NCBI GenBank assembly: GCA_036172245.1
Contig: JAYWIR010000055.1
Coordinates: forward strand, 186,001-250,000
Length of the DNA stretch: 64,000 bases
Direction of reading: 5' to 3'
From: Raillietiella orientalis
Taxonomy: Eukaryota
The translations under genes and the position numbers were made by a program. The notes under the pieces were generated by a model that did not search any database, was not told the origin of the DNA, and saw only the letters and a program-made list of their open reading frames with translations. Positions within the stretch are counted from its first letter, which is position 1; every line of letters begins with the position of its first letter. This document shows, one piece after another, positions 1 to 12,009 of this stretch.

Positions 1-775
1 CCTCCCAATGGACTTCTGCGCTGGGAGCGCAGCTCGATGTTCCGATTGAAATCTGAAGTGGCCCCCGGTGCTCATGAACACTTCCACCCTCCCCTTAAAA
101 TGGCAAGAGTCGGCTCTACTGTTGCAGCATTGGGGACTCTCCTGCAATGCCCGCCGACATCATTGGACCTGGGGAGCGGTGGATCCCGATTGTGTTAGGT
201 ATGGGGAACGGGAGTCCCTCCCCCACCTCCTAGTGGATTGTGTTGCTTTTTGGCCCCTTTATTTCCGCTTTGCCGCGGCCATCGGAACCCCTGCGGCAAC
301 CCCAGGGACGCTTTAAAAGCCCTCTTCGTTGCCGGCGCCCTCCGGCCAGCAGCCTCGATAGCGGCCTTGTGCTGCCTTCGCAGGATCGTCGCTGCATGGA
401 GCACGGCTACGGGAGGACCTCGCGCTAAGGATGCCATCCAGTGCGCCTCTCAATTCCTGAGGAGGGCGTCGCGATGGCCCCAACTGGATCCTCCAATGCA
501 GCAAGAGCTTGCCGGCATCCTGAGAAGGATGATGCGGCCCCAGCAGCAACAGTGATCCCTTCCCGTACCCTCCCACTCTTTTTTTCTTTTTGTTTATTTT
601 TTTTTGTTTTTTTCCCCTTTCCCTGCTGCCATGGTGGACCGTACCGGTCTGCGAACCGGTGTCCTGGCTGGTTCCGTGGTTCTTCGTGCTTGGCTGCAGC
701 ATTGCTGCAGCCACTGACATTTTTACTATAAAGTTTATTTTTTTAATAAACGACCCGGAGAATTCCGGGTGAAAA
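1..775 (+). mobile_element. L1/Tx1-like non-LTR retrotransposon, 3' part (copy 1; runs off window start)
   Basis: C-terminal zinc-finger-like motif DCVRYGERESLPHLLVDC with a frameshift near 300. Clear similarity to 2700-3476. Stop at 553-555, T-rich 3'UTR, AATAAA at 745-750, terminal hairpin acccgg-agaatt-ccgggt, then GAAAA. Confidence 0.85.
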
Positions 776-779
776 TCGA

Positions 780-3476
780 ATGCCTTCTGCCGATCGGAGC
801 TAGGAGCACTCGGCACCCACTCAGATTCGCAGTCTTCTGCAGCGCTTTTATTCCTCCCTGTACGCAAGAACGCCTCCCGAGCGGGTTGTCTCACGACTCC
901 TGCTCCCGGAAGGCGCTCCAGCGATCGGGGAGGAGGAGAGAAAGAACCTCGACAAGCCTTTCACGATGGACGAGATCATCTCGGCCATCGGAAAGCTCAA
1001 GAGGCGCAAGACTCCAGAGGAGGACGGCCTGCCGGCGGAGTTCTTTCAGTGCTTCGCTGCAGAGCTGACCCCCCTGGTGCTCAAGTTGACACGGCTGATC
1101 CGAGACCAAGGCGATGTTCCCGCCTCTTTTCGGTCTGCCAGGGTGAGGCTCCTTCCTAAGGGAGGAGATCTGAGGAGCATGAACAACTGGCGTCCGATAA
1201 CGATTGTGAATGCGGACGCCAAGCTGCTGGCTGGACTGTGGGCTGCGCGGCTGTGACAGGTAGCTGACAGCTTCGTCAGCCCGGAACAGACGTACGCTGT
1301 TCCCGGGCAAAGCATGGAAGCGAACTTGTTCTTCGCCAGCACATGGTTTTATGTGCAACGCGAAGAAAAAAAGAAAAAACGGAATGTCGGCAAACCTGAT
1401 CTGGGGGCGCCAGCGCGGCAAGTAAGGGACGACCGGGAAGGGAAGGGGGCTCTAGCGATCGCAGTCGATCTGCACAAAGCGTTCGATTGCGTGGACCAGG
1501 AACTCCTTCTGGAGCTCCTGGATCGCATGGGCTTCCCGGACACCTTAACGGCCTACCTGCGCGCCTGATGGCACAATGCGATCATCAACTTGTTTTTCAG
1601 AGGACAGCACGTGTTCGGCGTGCCGGTGAGGCGTGGCATCCGGCAGGGCGGCAGCTTGAGTCCCCTGCTCTTTAGCACCTATTTCGAACTGGTGCTGACA
1701 GCATACAGGGTGACATTGGCTGCCCAGCCAAGCTCGTGCCCAGGTACGCCGGCCGTGTCGGCGTATGCTGACGATCTTTTGCTCCTGCTGCCCATGTCCG
1801 CCCCGGCTTCGGCAGTCGAGGATTTCTTCGACTTGCTGAGCCGTGGGACAGGACTACGGGTGAACAGGATGAAGTCGTCGCTGGTTGCGGTTGGTGCAAA
1901 GTGGGCAGGACGACCTGATTGGATCCCCCTGGGGATCCCCACAGAGAGGTACCTGAAGTACCTCGGCGTTCAGTTGGGGGACTTTTGCCAGTCAGAAGCC
2001 TGGTCAGGTCGTCACCAAAAGGTAGAGTTGCCAATCGGCCCGTTCCTGGAAGGCAAGTTCCTTCTGCCGGAACGGGCCGCGGTGTGGAACGCGTTCGCGG
2101 CTTCCATCCTCCGCCCCCTGCTTTTTGTTTGCCCTGTCCCCCCCAGTTGGAAAAGAGGACTAAGGACCTCCTCCGCATCGCCCTCTGGGGCAGCGGAAGG
2201 CCTCGTGTGCCTCTAAGGGACTTATGCGCTCCGCGTCGGGACGGCGGTCTTGGCCTCCTGACGATGGAGCGAATGGAAACAGCTGCGGTGGCGTACTCTA
2301 GCCATCGCAGCGAAAATGTGGAACACCCCTTGGTGCGTTCCGGCCAGCCTTCTCGCCAGACGTGTGTCCGGGACTGAAGGACTTGCGTCTTTTCTTCTGT
2401 GCCCCGCCCGGAAAATAAGAAGATGCGGAAGTTGAATAACCCAGGAGCAGAAAATTGGAACCGCCTGCGATTCGGCCCCAACGCCTGCTGCACACTGCGG
2501 ACCACTTTGGAGTATCCCGCCAGGAGCACGTGGGCGGAGACCACCCCTTTGGCTTCGACGCTGCCCTTCCTACGGAGGGCCCTATCCAGCGGCCGGAAGC
2601 CGAAGTGGCAAGTCTCCTGCCGTATCGCAGGAAGAGAGAGGAAGATGAGCGGGTGGACCATGGGAGAACTGGCAGACGCCACGACCCCGAGTGCCCTCCC
2701 GCGTGGACTTCTGAGATGGGGAGAGCTGCTCGGCATTCCGACGGATGACCTGAAGTGGCCCCCAGTATTAATCGGATCCAGGCTTCTCCCCCTGAAGTGG
2801 CAAGAGTCGGCGCTGCTGCTTTGCACTGGGGTTTACCCTGCAACGCGCGCCGCTTCCACTGGACGCGGGGAAGTGTAAGGCCTGAGTGTGCCGAGTGTGG
2901 GGAGCAAGAATCGCTCCCCCACCTATTTGTTGACTGTGCTGTCCTCCGACCCCTATGGGAACGGTTCGGGACGACCCTCGGACTCCCGGTGGCCAGCCAA
3001 CCCAGAGACGTTCTCCGTCTTCTCTTCGTGCGGGACGCCCTGCAGCCAGCTGCAGCCGTTGCAGCACTCTGCTGCATCCGAGGCATCGTGGCAGCCTGGA
3101 GCGATACTTGCGACGGAGGAGTGGATGCCAACGAGAGGGACGTCATCCCGTATGCGGTCTGCTTCATGCGGAGAGCTACAGGATGGACCCAGCTGGGTAC
3201 AATGCAGATGGACCTCGAGGGAATCCTGCGAAGGATGGACCCTCCTCTCAGTGGACTGTGATCCCTTCCCTTCCTTCCAAACTCTTTTTGCATTTTTCTT
3301 TGTTTTTATTTTATTTTTTGTTTTCTTCCCCATCCCCCTCCACTGCCGAGGAGCGTCACGCCGGGCTGCGTCCCGGCGTCCCGGCAGGTCCGGTGTTGTG
3401 TAGCCGTTAGTGGGGCCTTATACCACGTTTTTGTAGAGTTTTTAAAATAAACGCCCCGGGGGTACCCTGGTGGAAA
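780..3476 (+). mobile_element. L1/Tx1-like non-LTR retrotransposon, 5'-truncated and decayed (copy 2): RT plus C-terminal zinc finger
   Basis: RT motifs KTPEEDGLPAEFF, WRPITIVNADAKLL, AVDLHKAFDCV, RQGGSLSPLLF, YADD (1764-1775), KYLGV, plus CAECGEQESLPHLFVDC. In-frame stops (1254-1256, 1566-1568) and frameshifts. No endonuclease or ORF1 upstream. Same 3' terminus as copy 1. Confidence 0.92.
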
Positions 3477-4739
3477 CCCCGAACTTCCCAGAAGACTGTG
3501 CGAGGGCCCCGCCCTTCGCCTCTTCGCACCGCGGTGACCGCAGCCGCGTGCTGTGCCCTGCAGCCGCTGCGGACGGCGCCAGCAACCGCAGCGACGGAGA
3601 TCAGCCACCCCTTTCCTCATCCTCTCGTTGCTGAGGGGCACGGCGAAATGGAAGCACCACCCGAGGCACAACCGGAAGAAACTTGCCGGCATCCTGGAGA
3701 AAATGTGGAGTGCCACTGGGTAACAGACTGAGACCCCTTCCCTCGCTCCCCTCACCCCATACACTTTCACCCCTTCTTCGTTCCATACTGGTCTGTTTAT
3801 TTCCCTTCTTCCTGACCTTCCCCACGCAGTCCTTTTCCGGCGAGCAAAGGACTTCTCCGGGACGCGCGGAAGTGGTGGTGCAGCGCCGCCACTACGGCAA
3901 GACTGAAGGATCCGTCGGGGGATCCACGGAGGGTCCACGGCGAATCTCCGGTTCACTGAAATGGGCGCGGAGCCCACCTCCTCCACGGGGCTGGAGTCCC
4001 GGCAGTGCCGGCTGCAGAGCTCCTCTGCTCCACCCACGGCAATGGAATGGGGTCCGGCGAGACCTCTTGCCGGATGGGTGGTGGCCGCGGACCGCTACCG
4101 GAATGACCACCTCGGAGGGAACCCGTCTGCTGCTGCTGCTGCTATGGAGACCGGTCCGTGCCTTAGCCCTCCTCTGGCGTTTGATAAGGAGGAGAGGTCA
4201 GGAGGGGGAGCTGCCGCCGAGGGGAAAGTGGACGCAGCCTCCGCGCCTCCCGGAGGAGCCACGTGCCCTCGGCGCGGTTCCTCCAGGAGCCACCACGCGA
4301 GACGACGCCCTGTTTGCGCCCACGTAGATGACGCTGCAAGCAGTGCGCAAAGGACGCCCTCCAGCGCCCTGCGCTTCAAGAGCTGCGCGGGCAGACCCGG
4401 ACAGGCTGCAGGGAGCACCAGGGGACTCCGCAATTCCCGGGAGTCCGTCGAGAAAGGTGGCGCTGTCGTAGACGCCTCCCAAAGCAGAGAGTTTCAGGAA
4501 CCCGGGGAAGAGAGGGAAGCGAGGGGGGTGCCTTTCCCCTCCGTTATCTTCCGCACGAGGGAAGGCCTTTCCTCACCGGGAGAGAAGCCGAGCATGGTCT
4601 CCTCCTGGGTGCTGCCGGAGAGGCGCCAACTTTCCGGTAGGGTTGCTGAAGACACCCGGAGCTCCAAGGGAGTTCGTGAGGCTGCTGCTGGAGGTGCTGC
4701 TCTCTGAGCACCTGGCGGGGGAATGGGATCGGAAGGACT

Positions 4740-6500
4740 TGTTGATGGAATTTCTTAGGAAACTCCCTCTGGCTTGACCGGGTGGAAGGGACGCGTCGAC
4801 CTCTGATCTTCGTGATCGCGCAAAGCGAGCGCAGGTAGAGGACTAGAGGTTGCGGGAGGTCTCCGTGTTCCGGGAGCTCCAGAAGAGTTTCTGATTTCTT
4901 TTCGAGAGCAACTGCTATCGCCGAGGTCCCTGACGCTTCCCTCGGTTTCTCGTGTACTGCTTTCTTTTTCCTGGGCTCTTCTAGCTTTGGGGAGTTCAGT
5001 CGCGACCCTCTTCGGCAGATGATGTCAGGTCCGCGCAAAGGGCAGGGTGTGCTCCGCGCCCCCCCAGGAGCAGCACAGGGCTAACGATGTACTTGGCATG
5101 TACCTGAAGATGTACCTGACGCGGCGCATCACCAGTTTCGAGAGTACCTTGGCGTTCGAGTTAATCGAGGTGATCGGACGCAGATCGCCCATGGGGGCGT
5201 CGCATCTCTCTCGTACCGGCGCCGCCTGTCTACATATCGGGGGGCGCAGCTGCCCTGCCCCCAGCGCCAAATGGTGAGAGTACCCTGTCAGAACCGAACA
5301 CTTTGCGCTCTTCGATCTTCTTGATGCTAGCAGCGATCCCTGGCATCGAAGAAGTTAGGCCGTGGTCGTTTCCCAAGCGATCGCCTTCCCCTCCACTTAG
5401 CACCAAGGCGCGTCCCGAAGGCAGCACATAGCAATGGTGTAAAGTCGCAGATGACCTCCCTCCCTCTCCTGGAACCGAATATCTCGTGCCTTGCATGCCC
5501 GGTGGGCAGTTCAGGGCAGAATGAGGGTAGCGTTCGGCCAGCCTGCCCGCGCACGTTGGGGCGTCTGGAGCGCGTCTCCGCTCCCGCAGAAAGGCGCTGC
5601 TGTTCCCGGTGCCCTCCCTGTAGCCTCGGGCCAGGAGTTTTCCTGCCGAGCCGGATCCTTTGAGTGTTCCAGTCCCTCCGACTGGCGGCCGTCAAGCCAC
5701 GGAGGAAGGTGCGGAGCTGCTCCGTGGGTTCCTGGAAGTTGAGCCAATTCCCCGACAGTATCCTCCCGATGGCTCGATCCCGGAGCGATTCACAAGGGAT
5801 CGATCTCCTTCTGCCTCTTGCGCCCCACCTGCGAGCACGGGAGGTCGTCGAGGATGTCAATTGGGTCGCGAATTCCAGAGCGAGAGAGTCCTTTTTGCAC
5901 TCGCGCAGCCAGTCCTCCTGCCCTCAGGCGGCCTTTCTGACGGGCGTCAGCTGACGGCAGACGGAGGCTGCGATCCCTTGCCGTGAGATGTGTCACGTGG
6001 TGGGACCAGCACCGCCGCTTAGTCGTTGGCTCCCAACAGCACCAACGAAAACAGAGTTTCCCTCCGTGTCCTGGTTACGTAGTGCGCGCGAGTGCGCGTG
6101 GGCGTTCGGTCAGGGCGAGGTCGATCGCCGCGGTCGGACCACGTGAGCCACGTGCTGGCCCAGTCGACCGGCTTCGTCGGAACGGCACTCGCTACCGTTG
6201 CAAATTTGGCGCCGCTTGCCCGTGAGCGCAAGCGCCTTGACACTTTCGCCGCCTCCTTTCTACGGGAATCTTCGAGGACTCCTGTCGAGGAAGGGTGAGG
6301 TCGACGTGGCACAGGGGTGTCAGCAGCCTCGCCCGCTTCCTTGCGTCGCTGTCAGGAAGTTTACGACCACTTCGCGCTGGAGCAGGCCGCTCGTAGGGAG
6401 ACGGAAGTCGGGGTCCGGGGGTTTCGTTTCTTTGCCCCTGAAGGAGCACCTGGGGTACCTCCTCATGGTGGCGTTCCACGACCCCGCGGACGTCATCTCT
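4740..6500 (-). mobile_element. Heavily decayed related L1/Tx1-like element (AP-endonuclease and RT remnants)
   Basis: Minus-strand fragments LRPITSINSNAKVLSKLVMRRV, IAASIKKIEERKVFGSD and AIAVALEK...GDLPQPLVLYLRSL are collinear with the copy 2 RT. Weak endonuclease-like remnants (AGSWNA, LTWS...HYV) lie at about 6000-6500. Confidence 0.65.
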
Positions 6501-7959
6501 CTGTCGGGTGCCAGCGTTTGCCCCCCGTCGCTGCGGATACGTGCCGCCTCCGGATCTGGGCCCCGCAGGCCCTCACACCATAGGGCTCCTCCAGCAGAAT
6601 CTTTGTGGGCCCCAGACGGGACGCGGAGGTCTCTCTGCAAGTCGCCTTTGAGGTCCCTCCGGTCTTTCCGTCCAGTCTCCCCGTTGCTGCCGGCTCGTGT
6701 CTGACTGTGGAGAAGGCCGCAGCGTAGCCGCCGCTGAGTCTCGCGGTAGCCGTCGCGTAAAGGAAGGCGCCGCATCGGTCGTCGTCTTGGCAACGGGACG
6801 TTTATACTTCGCGTTGCTCGTGGGTGGATGCTGTGCCTCGCTGCTGCTTGTTGTTCCTGCGGTAGAGGGAACGCGGCTGCCCCTTTTGAGGGGCACACGA
6901 ACGGCGTGCGTCCCACCCCTTTCTTGCAGCGGCAACGTTCCATTTTGGGACTAATTCCTTTTCCGTCCCACCCCAACGATTGCGGACTATCGGTTTCCCC
7001 GGAACATCAAGACGACACACCCTGCGCAGTCCTGCGCGCAGTCTGCAGAGGAGCTGGAGGGGAGAAGGTTGCCATGGCGAGGCGCTGGTGCTGCGCACGC
7101 TGCATGCGGGCAAGGTTCGAAGAATCATCCGGATCCCGGGAACAGGCTCGACATCGGTCAGAGCACGCGCACCCGTCCCGCACCCCGGTGATGACGAAGA
7201 GACTTCTCTCGTTCATCTACGGTGGACCATCGTGGCTGGAAGAGACTTCCAACTGGGGTAGAGAGGTCATTGAGCCTGTCCTGCGCCTTTGTAGTCGATC
7301 CGGCAGTCCCGTTCCCCCCGTTGGCCAGGCCGCAAGCACCTCCGCTGAAGAGCGCGCAAAACCGGCTCAAGACCAAGGCTTAGCAACTGACCCGATGTCG
7401 CAACGCCGGCCGGTGCTCTTGAGCTACGCAGACCTCGGTTTCTGCTAGGGTGCCGCAGTTGCCGATATCTGGATCCACGTCCTCCCTCTTCGATTCTTCG
7501 GAAGCTCTTGCCTCCACCTCCGGTGTAAGGAGGCGACCAAGCTTTCTCTTCACCTCCCCTCCCTTCTCTTCTCCCTCGCCCATTCCTGCTTTGGCCACTG
7601 CAACACCGCAGCATCCAACCTGCGAGAGCTTCCTTCGAGAAGAGCGGAAGGGGAACCCCGCGCACCATCGAAGCGCGCCGGCGCCACCAGACGAGGGGGT
7701 GGGGTGATCCCGAACCGTAGCCTCGCAACCTCCAGGGCGTTAATCTAATGAAATGAACGTACGGAATTCGGTGGGAACCCATTGCCCCGCCGAGTCCAGG
7801 AACCCAGGCAGAGGCCCAAGAGGAGCACGGAGGGGAATGGGGCATAAAAAACAGGGACTCAAACAGGAGAGCGGGATGGAAGCCGTTCACTGTGCGGAGG
7901 TGGGTGGGAGGGGAGGGAAGAGAAGGGGTGGACCCTTGTCCGTTTCTCTTCATTCTTAG

Positions 7960-8560
7960 CGGGACGCTGGCGAGCTGCTCCTTATGGCCGACTGGGTGGG
8001 TATACCTCCACGCCACCCTGAGAAACCGATGGCGTGCCTGCCGTTGCAGACGCGCTCCCGGTCTGCTCCTCGCAGCGACCACGCCGCGCAGAAAGAGGGG
8101 TTCCACGATGCCCTTGTTCATCGAACTCGGAACTGTGCCCGTTGCGGCGAGAAGGGGGAGTCTCTCCCCCCTCCACTGCACCTGCTGCTCGAGAGCGCCT
8201 CTCTCCTCCGGAGTAGGCCGGGACGTTTTGCTGCGGCCTCGCTACTCAAAAGGGACATCCCGGAGGACATACCAGTGTCGCCCGAGGCGGCGATCACAGC
8301 TCTGCGCTGCCCCTCCGCCGAGCCGGGCTGGAGCGAAGTCACGCCGGGATGGGCCGGACAAAGAGGGACGCCATCCCCGCCCCACCTCTTTCCTTGAGGA
8401 TCGCTACAAGATGGCCACGTCTGAGATCTGGGCTAGTGGGAAACTTGGCAGGGTGCTGAGGACGCCGGGGATGCTCCTATGATTCCCACCTCGCCCCCTC
8501 AGAGCTCTCTAAAGCAGCCGCCTCCTTCTCGGTTCTTTTTTGCCTCCTTTGCCTTTTCTC
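7960..8560 (+). mobile_element. Decayed 3' end of a related L1/Tx1-like element (zinc-finger region and pyrimidine-rich 3'UTR)
   Basis: ORF 7984-8397: WVGIPP...CARCGEKGESLPPPLHLLLE...AAITALRC parallels WGELLGIP...CAECGEQESLPHLFVDC...AAVAALCC of copy 2. Possible ORF1 remnant at about 6960-7450. Confidence 0.55.
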
Positions 8561-9856
8561 TTGTGGGGACCCCATTGGGAAATCTGACTCTCAGCAGGAG
8601 CACCACTCGGGATGTGGATCGTCCGCCCGCACCGGCGTGTAGGTCAGGAAACTCGGTAGTCAAGAAACCTGACCTCGCCGTGGAGAGCGCACCCATTGCG
8701 CCCCTTCCTCCCGGATGGGATGCTCTGGGGTTGCCCGCGTCCCTCTCCCTCTGCAAATGCTCTCTGTGAGGGGTGACAGTAGTTGGTTAAGATGGATGGG
8801 GAAGCGTCGGAAGTGACCTTCGTTCTGGTCGCCCGCTGTATCCGCCCCTCAGTAGATCAGGAAGTCGATCTGTGCCAAGACCCTGAAGAAAGGTGCTGGG
8901 AGGAAAGTCCATATCTCCAGAGGGACGCGCTCTGTCACCGGAGCAGAGAGAAATCCGCCTCCCTCGCTGCCTGGATCCCCGTCTTCCTCTTCCTCCCTTC
9001 TGCCTTCAGACACGTTTTCGCCCTAGTCCCTCCTCCGGCCGTCAGAGGGGAGGGGCAAGGATACAGACCCTTGTCCGGAGGGAAGGGGAGGGTGTGGATC
9101 CGCTCCTCCGCTCTGCGGACAGGACCCCTACGGACCAATCCGCTGAGGGCCTCCTCCCCTGCGGCATACCATCCGAAGGTCTCGGGATGCACGCAACAAA
9201 AAGTGCAGGAGGGGCGGGTCTGGGTTGCCAAGGAGAGGTGCGGGAGGGAGAGGGGGAGACGTGGGTCCTTTCTTGGGGGTCTTTTCGGATGCAGAAATCA
9301 GGCAACAGCGGGAGCGAGGGTGTAAGGAGGGAAGGCGAAAGGAGTGGTCGGGTGCGCTGCTGTGAGGCACCAGGAAGGAAAAAGGGGAACACACCCAGTG
9401 CTCCCGGAGGAGGGGGGAGGATTGCGACTCCTTTCGAGCGCGCACGCCCTTGTGGGGTGGGCGGCGCTGTCTCCAGATAGGAAGTCTCCACCTCTTCCTT
9501 CCCCTTTCTCCCCAGAAGTTGTCAGCCGCGATGTTGGACGGCACTGCACGCCGTTGTCAGGAGACGCGCGCGGTGGAGGGACGACCCGTGCCCTCCGCCT
9601 CGCTAGCCCACCTCGAGACGGAGACGTCCGCTTCGCCGAAAGCTCCCGCGGGCGCGATGAGTAGATAGATTCCCCCTCCTTTTCTCCACTCTTGGTGCTC
9701 CTCCTGGCGGCAAGCAAGCAGCTGGCGGAGGAGGGCGCGGGGGAAGGGGATTGTATCCACTCCCTTAGACGCTCCCGAAAGGCGAGGCGGCCCTCCCCGG
9801 CCCCATCAGGGATGGATGGGAGTCGCCCGAGAGGAGGGGCTCAGGACTCCGCTGGC

Positions 9857-10678
9857 GTCGGAGGCTTTGTGGTTAAGGCTTCCGCGCGTGGCACCATGCG
9901 TCGCGGGTTCGAATACTTCGGCAGATAACTGACGCCACTGAGTCGTTTGGGTTCCGAGTTTCTCCTGCAACGGCGCTGATTGGCCGAGACATTCGGGCGT
10001 GGCCCCGGCGGTGGATAAAGCCGGCGGCCTCCCGATGAAGGCCGGAACAATGGGAGTCGACCTTCGGGTCCTCCCAGGAATCAAGGAGTGGGGAGTTCCC
10101 CCTCCGGTCGTGCAACGGAGAGTGGACCCCCATCACCGGGGGACCTCCTCCTGTTTCAAGCTGGAGCAGGAGCTACCTCCCTACGATGGGCACTTCTCCA
10201 GCTGTTCACAGGAGCAGATCCCCCTGTTGGGGGTCCCTCCGAGTCGCCTCTTCACAGAGTGCAAGGAAGCAAGCGATAGCGATTCCCTGCGGGAAGCTGC
10301 AGCGCCCCTTCTGAGTTTCGGAAGTGTCCCTCCGGGGTTCTCTTCAGAGGAGTGAACAGGAGCGGTTCCCTTGCGGGCTCCCTGCGGAGAAGAAAAAATG
10401 GAGAGGATCACTCCCCTCCCAGGGGGTGTCCCTCCGGAGAGAATGAGGAAGGAGATTCCCTTCGGGGTTCCCCTTCGGAGACAACCAGGGTGGGAGATGC
10501 GATCCCCCCCTCCGGAAGGATTTCTCCCCAAGCGTGAGAGGAACGGACTCCGAGCCCTTCCAGGATTCATAGGGCGGATCCCCATCCCGGGATGCCCCCT
10601 ATCCTGAAGAAGAATTACAATGAAGAATTACACGCCCCCCCTGCGGGTTGCCGCGGGCGGAGAGGCGTGGAAACAAAA
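9857..10678 (+). mobile_element. tRNA-headed SINE-like structured repeat, copy A (near full length)
   Basis: Head gtcggaggctttgtggttaaggc...gggttcgaatacttcggc has A-box-like and B-box-like motifs and a pairable acceptor-like stem. Body is homologous to 23975-24896(-) and 55468-55775(+). Degenerate TSD candidate caggactcc (9842) / caggacttcc (10679). Confidence 0.7.
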
Positions 10679-10761
10679 CAGGACTTCCTTCTCGGCGGCT
10701 CTTTCCTTCACCTGACTCCCTTACCCCCCTTCTTCCCGCCCTTGAGATTGCCGAGAAGAAG

Positions 10762-12009
10762 TCACATGGTTCTTGTGGACAGATTGGTGGGCACCTCGGT
10801 CATCGCGGACCCGATCGATGACATGCCCGCGCCCGTCCGGTGAAGGCAGAGAGGCACTGCACCCGACTGGTCAGCACTCCGGAGCACTGTGGCGGGCTGT
10901 TCATGCAGCGTCCTCCCGGGTCTGCGGCATGAGGCGGCGTCCCGCAAGGACTTCTTAAAGTCCTCCGACAAGAAGGCGTACAGGAAGGGGTTCACGCAGG
11001 AGTTCACGTAGGCCAGGCAGTTGCATATGATCTGGGCGACGACCCTCCCCTGGCTGTCTCCGCGGAACAGTCCAAGGCTCTTCAAGAGCAGGATGACCTG
11101 GATGGGGCACCAGCAGACGGCGAAGACAACGACGAGAGCGACCGCCAGCCAAGTGATCCTCCTGCGGCGCCGCAGTGAGGCGCGGGAGGAATGCCCGCCG
11201 ACGGCGACGCTGCTCCACAGGCGCCGGGTGATCCGGACGTAGAGGAAGGTCATGGAGACCAGCGGCAGGAAGTACGACGTGGCAAAGAACACGACCTGCG
11301 CCAGGGGGAAGCTGAAGTCCTCGTGTAGGAAGCGGCACTTCCCAGAGGTGCGTCCGGCCTGCCCATGGACCCGGAGCACCGGCAGGCAGACGAGTAGAGC
11401 GACCGCCCAGGTCAGGGCCGCCGCGACGGCCGCGTTCCCGACCGTCCGGATCGTCCTCGAGGTGATGGGGTGGATCACAGCAAGGTACCGGTCCAGGGAC
11501 ATCAGGACCAGGGTGTACACGCTGACGTACGCCGCCACGTGGATGCAGTACTGGACGGCCTTGCACCAGGCTCCGCCCAGGGTCCAGCGATCCTGGGCCA
11601 GGTAGGTGACTCCGGTGGCGGGAACGCACACCAGGATGAAGAGCAGGTCGGCTACGCCCAGGCTGAGGATCAGCGGGTTCGCGGTGGACCTGCAAGCCCT
11701 GCCGCTCGTCACCATGAGAGCCAGCACGAAGAGGTTGCTCAGCAGCCCCAGGAGGAAGATGGTACCGAAGAGCGGGGGCACCGCCGCGGACACGGTGTCC
11801 AGCAGGCCCTCGCGTGCCTCCAGGCACGTCGGCAGGAAAGGGAGCTTTCCGCACAGCAGGGCCTGCACCCCCTCTGATGTGATGTTCCGCGCCCCCCCGA
11901 GGTCGGCCAGCAGCTCCGCGCTCAGCAGCCGCAGCAAATTCTCGTCGTCGCCGGCCCAGGCGGGGTCGGAGGAGACGTTCCAGGGGTGCTCCATGGTCCC
12001 GCCGTGCAT
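10762..12009 (-). CDS. AstA-R: Allatostatin-A receptor-like (galanin receptor family) class A GPCR, intronless CDS, paralogue 1
   Basis: 7TM ORF with WCKAVQYCIHVAAYVSVYTLVLMSLDRYLAVIHP, CWCPIQ and LAYVNSCVNPFLYAFLSEDFKK. Start at ATG 12009 or 11994; N-glycosylation sequons NVS and NIT; splice acceptor ttttccag at 12101. Confidence 0.93.
   Translation of the reverse strand: MHGGTMEHPWNVSSDPAWAGDDENLLRLLSAELLADLGGARNITSEGVQALLCGKLPFLPTCLEAREGLLDTVSAAVPPLFGTIFLLGLLSNLFVLALMVTSGRACRSTANPLILSLGVADLLFILVCVPATGVTYLAQDRWTLGGAWCKAVQYCIHVAAYVSVYTLVLMSLDRYLAVIHPITSRTIRTVGNAAVAAALTWAVALLVCLPVLRVHGQAGRTSGKCRFLHEDFSFPLAQVVFFATSYFLPLVSMTFLYVRITRRLWSSVAVGGHSSRASLRRRRRITWLAVALVVVFAVCWCPIQVILLLKSLGLFRGDSQGRVVAQIICNCLAYVNSCVNPFLYAFLSEDFKKSLRDAASCRRPGRTLHEQPATVLRSADQSGAVPLCLHRTGAGMSSIGSAMTEVPTNLSTRTM

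Noticed and set aside
8800..9300. Minus-strand endonuclease-like fragment (WTF...AQIDFLI)
   Set aside because: Single weak motif; not enough to call an element.
9857..9925. Functional tRNA gene
   Set aside because: T-arm is incomplete and anticodon arm irregular; it is the head of a dispersed repeat.
10032..10050. Hammerhead-like ccgatga-aggcc-ggaa in the repeat
   Set aside because: Both copies have CCGATGA rather than CTGANGA, lack a proper GAAA, and show no convincing stem II/III.
10050..10355. ORF MGVDLRVLPGIKEW...FGSVPPGFSSEE, apparently shared with 24329-24553(-)
   Set aside because: The middles of the two copies are in different reading frames, so conservation is at the nucleotide/structure level, not protein.
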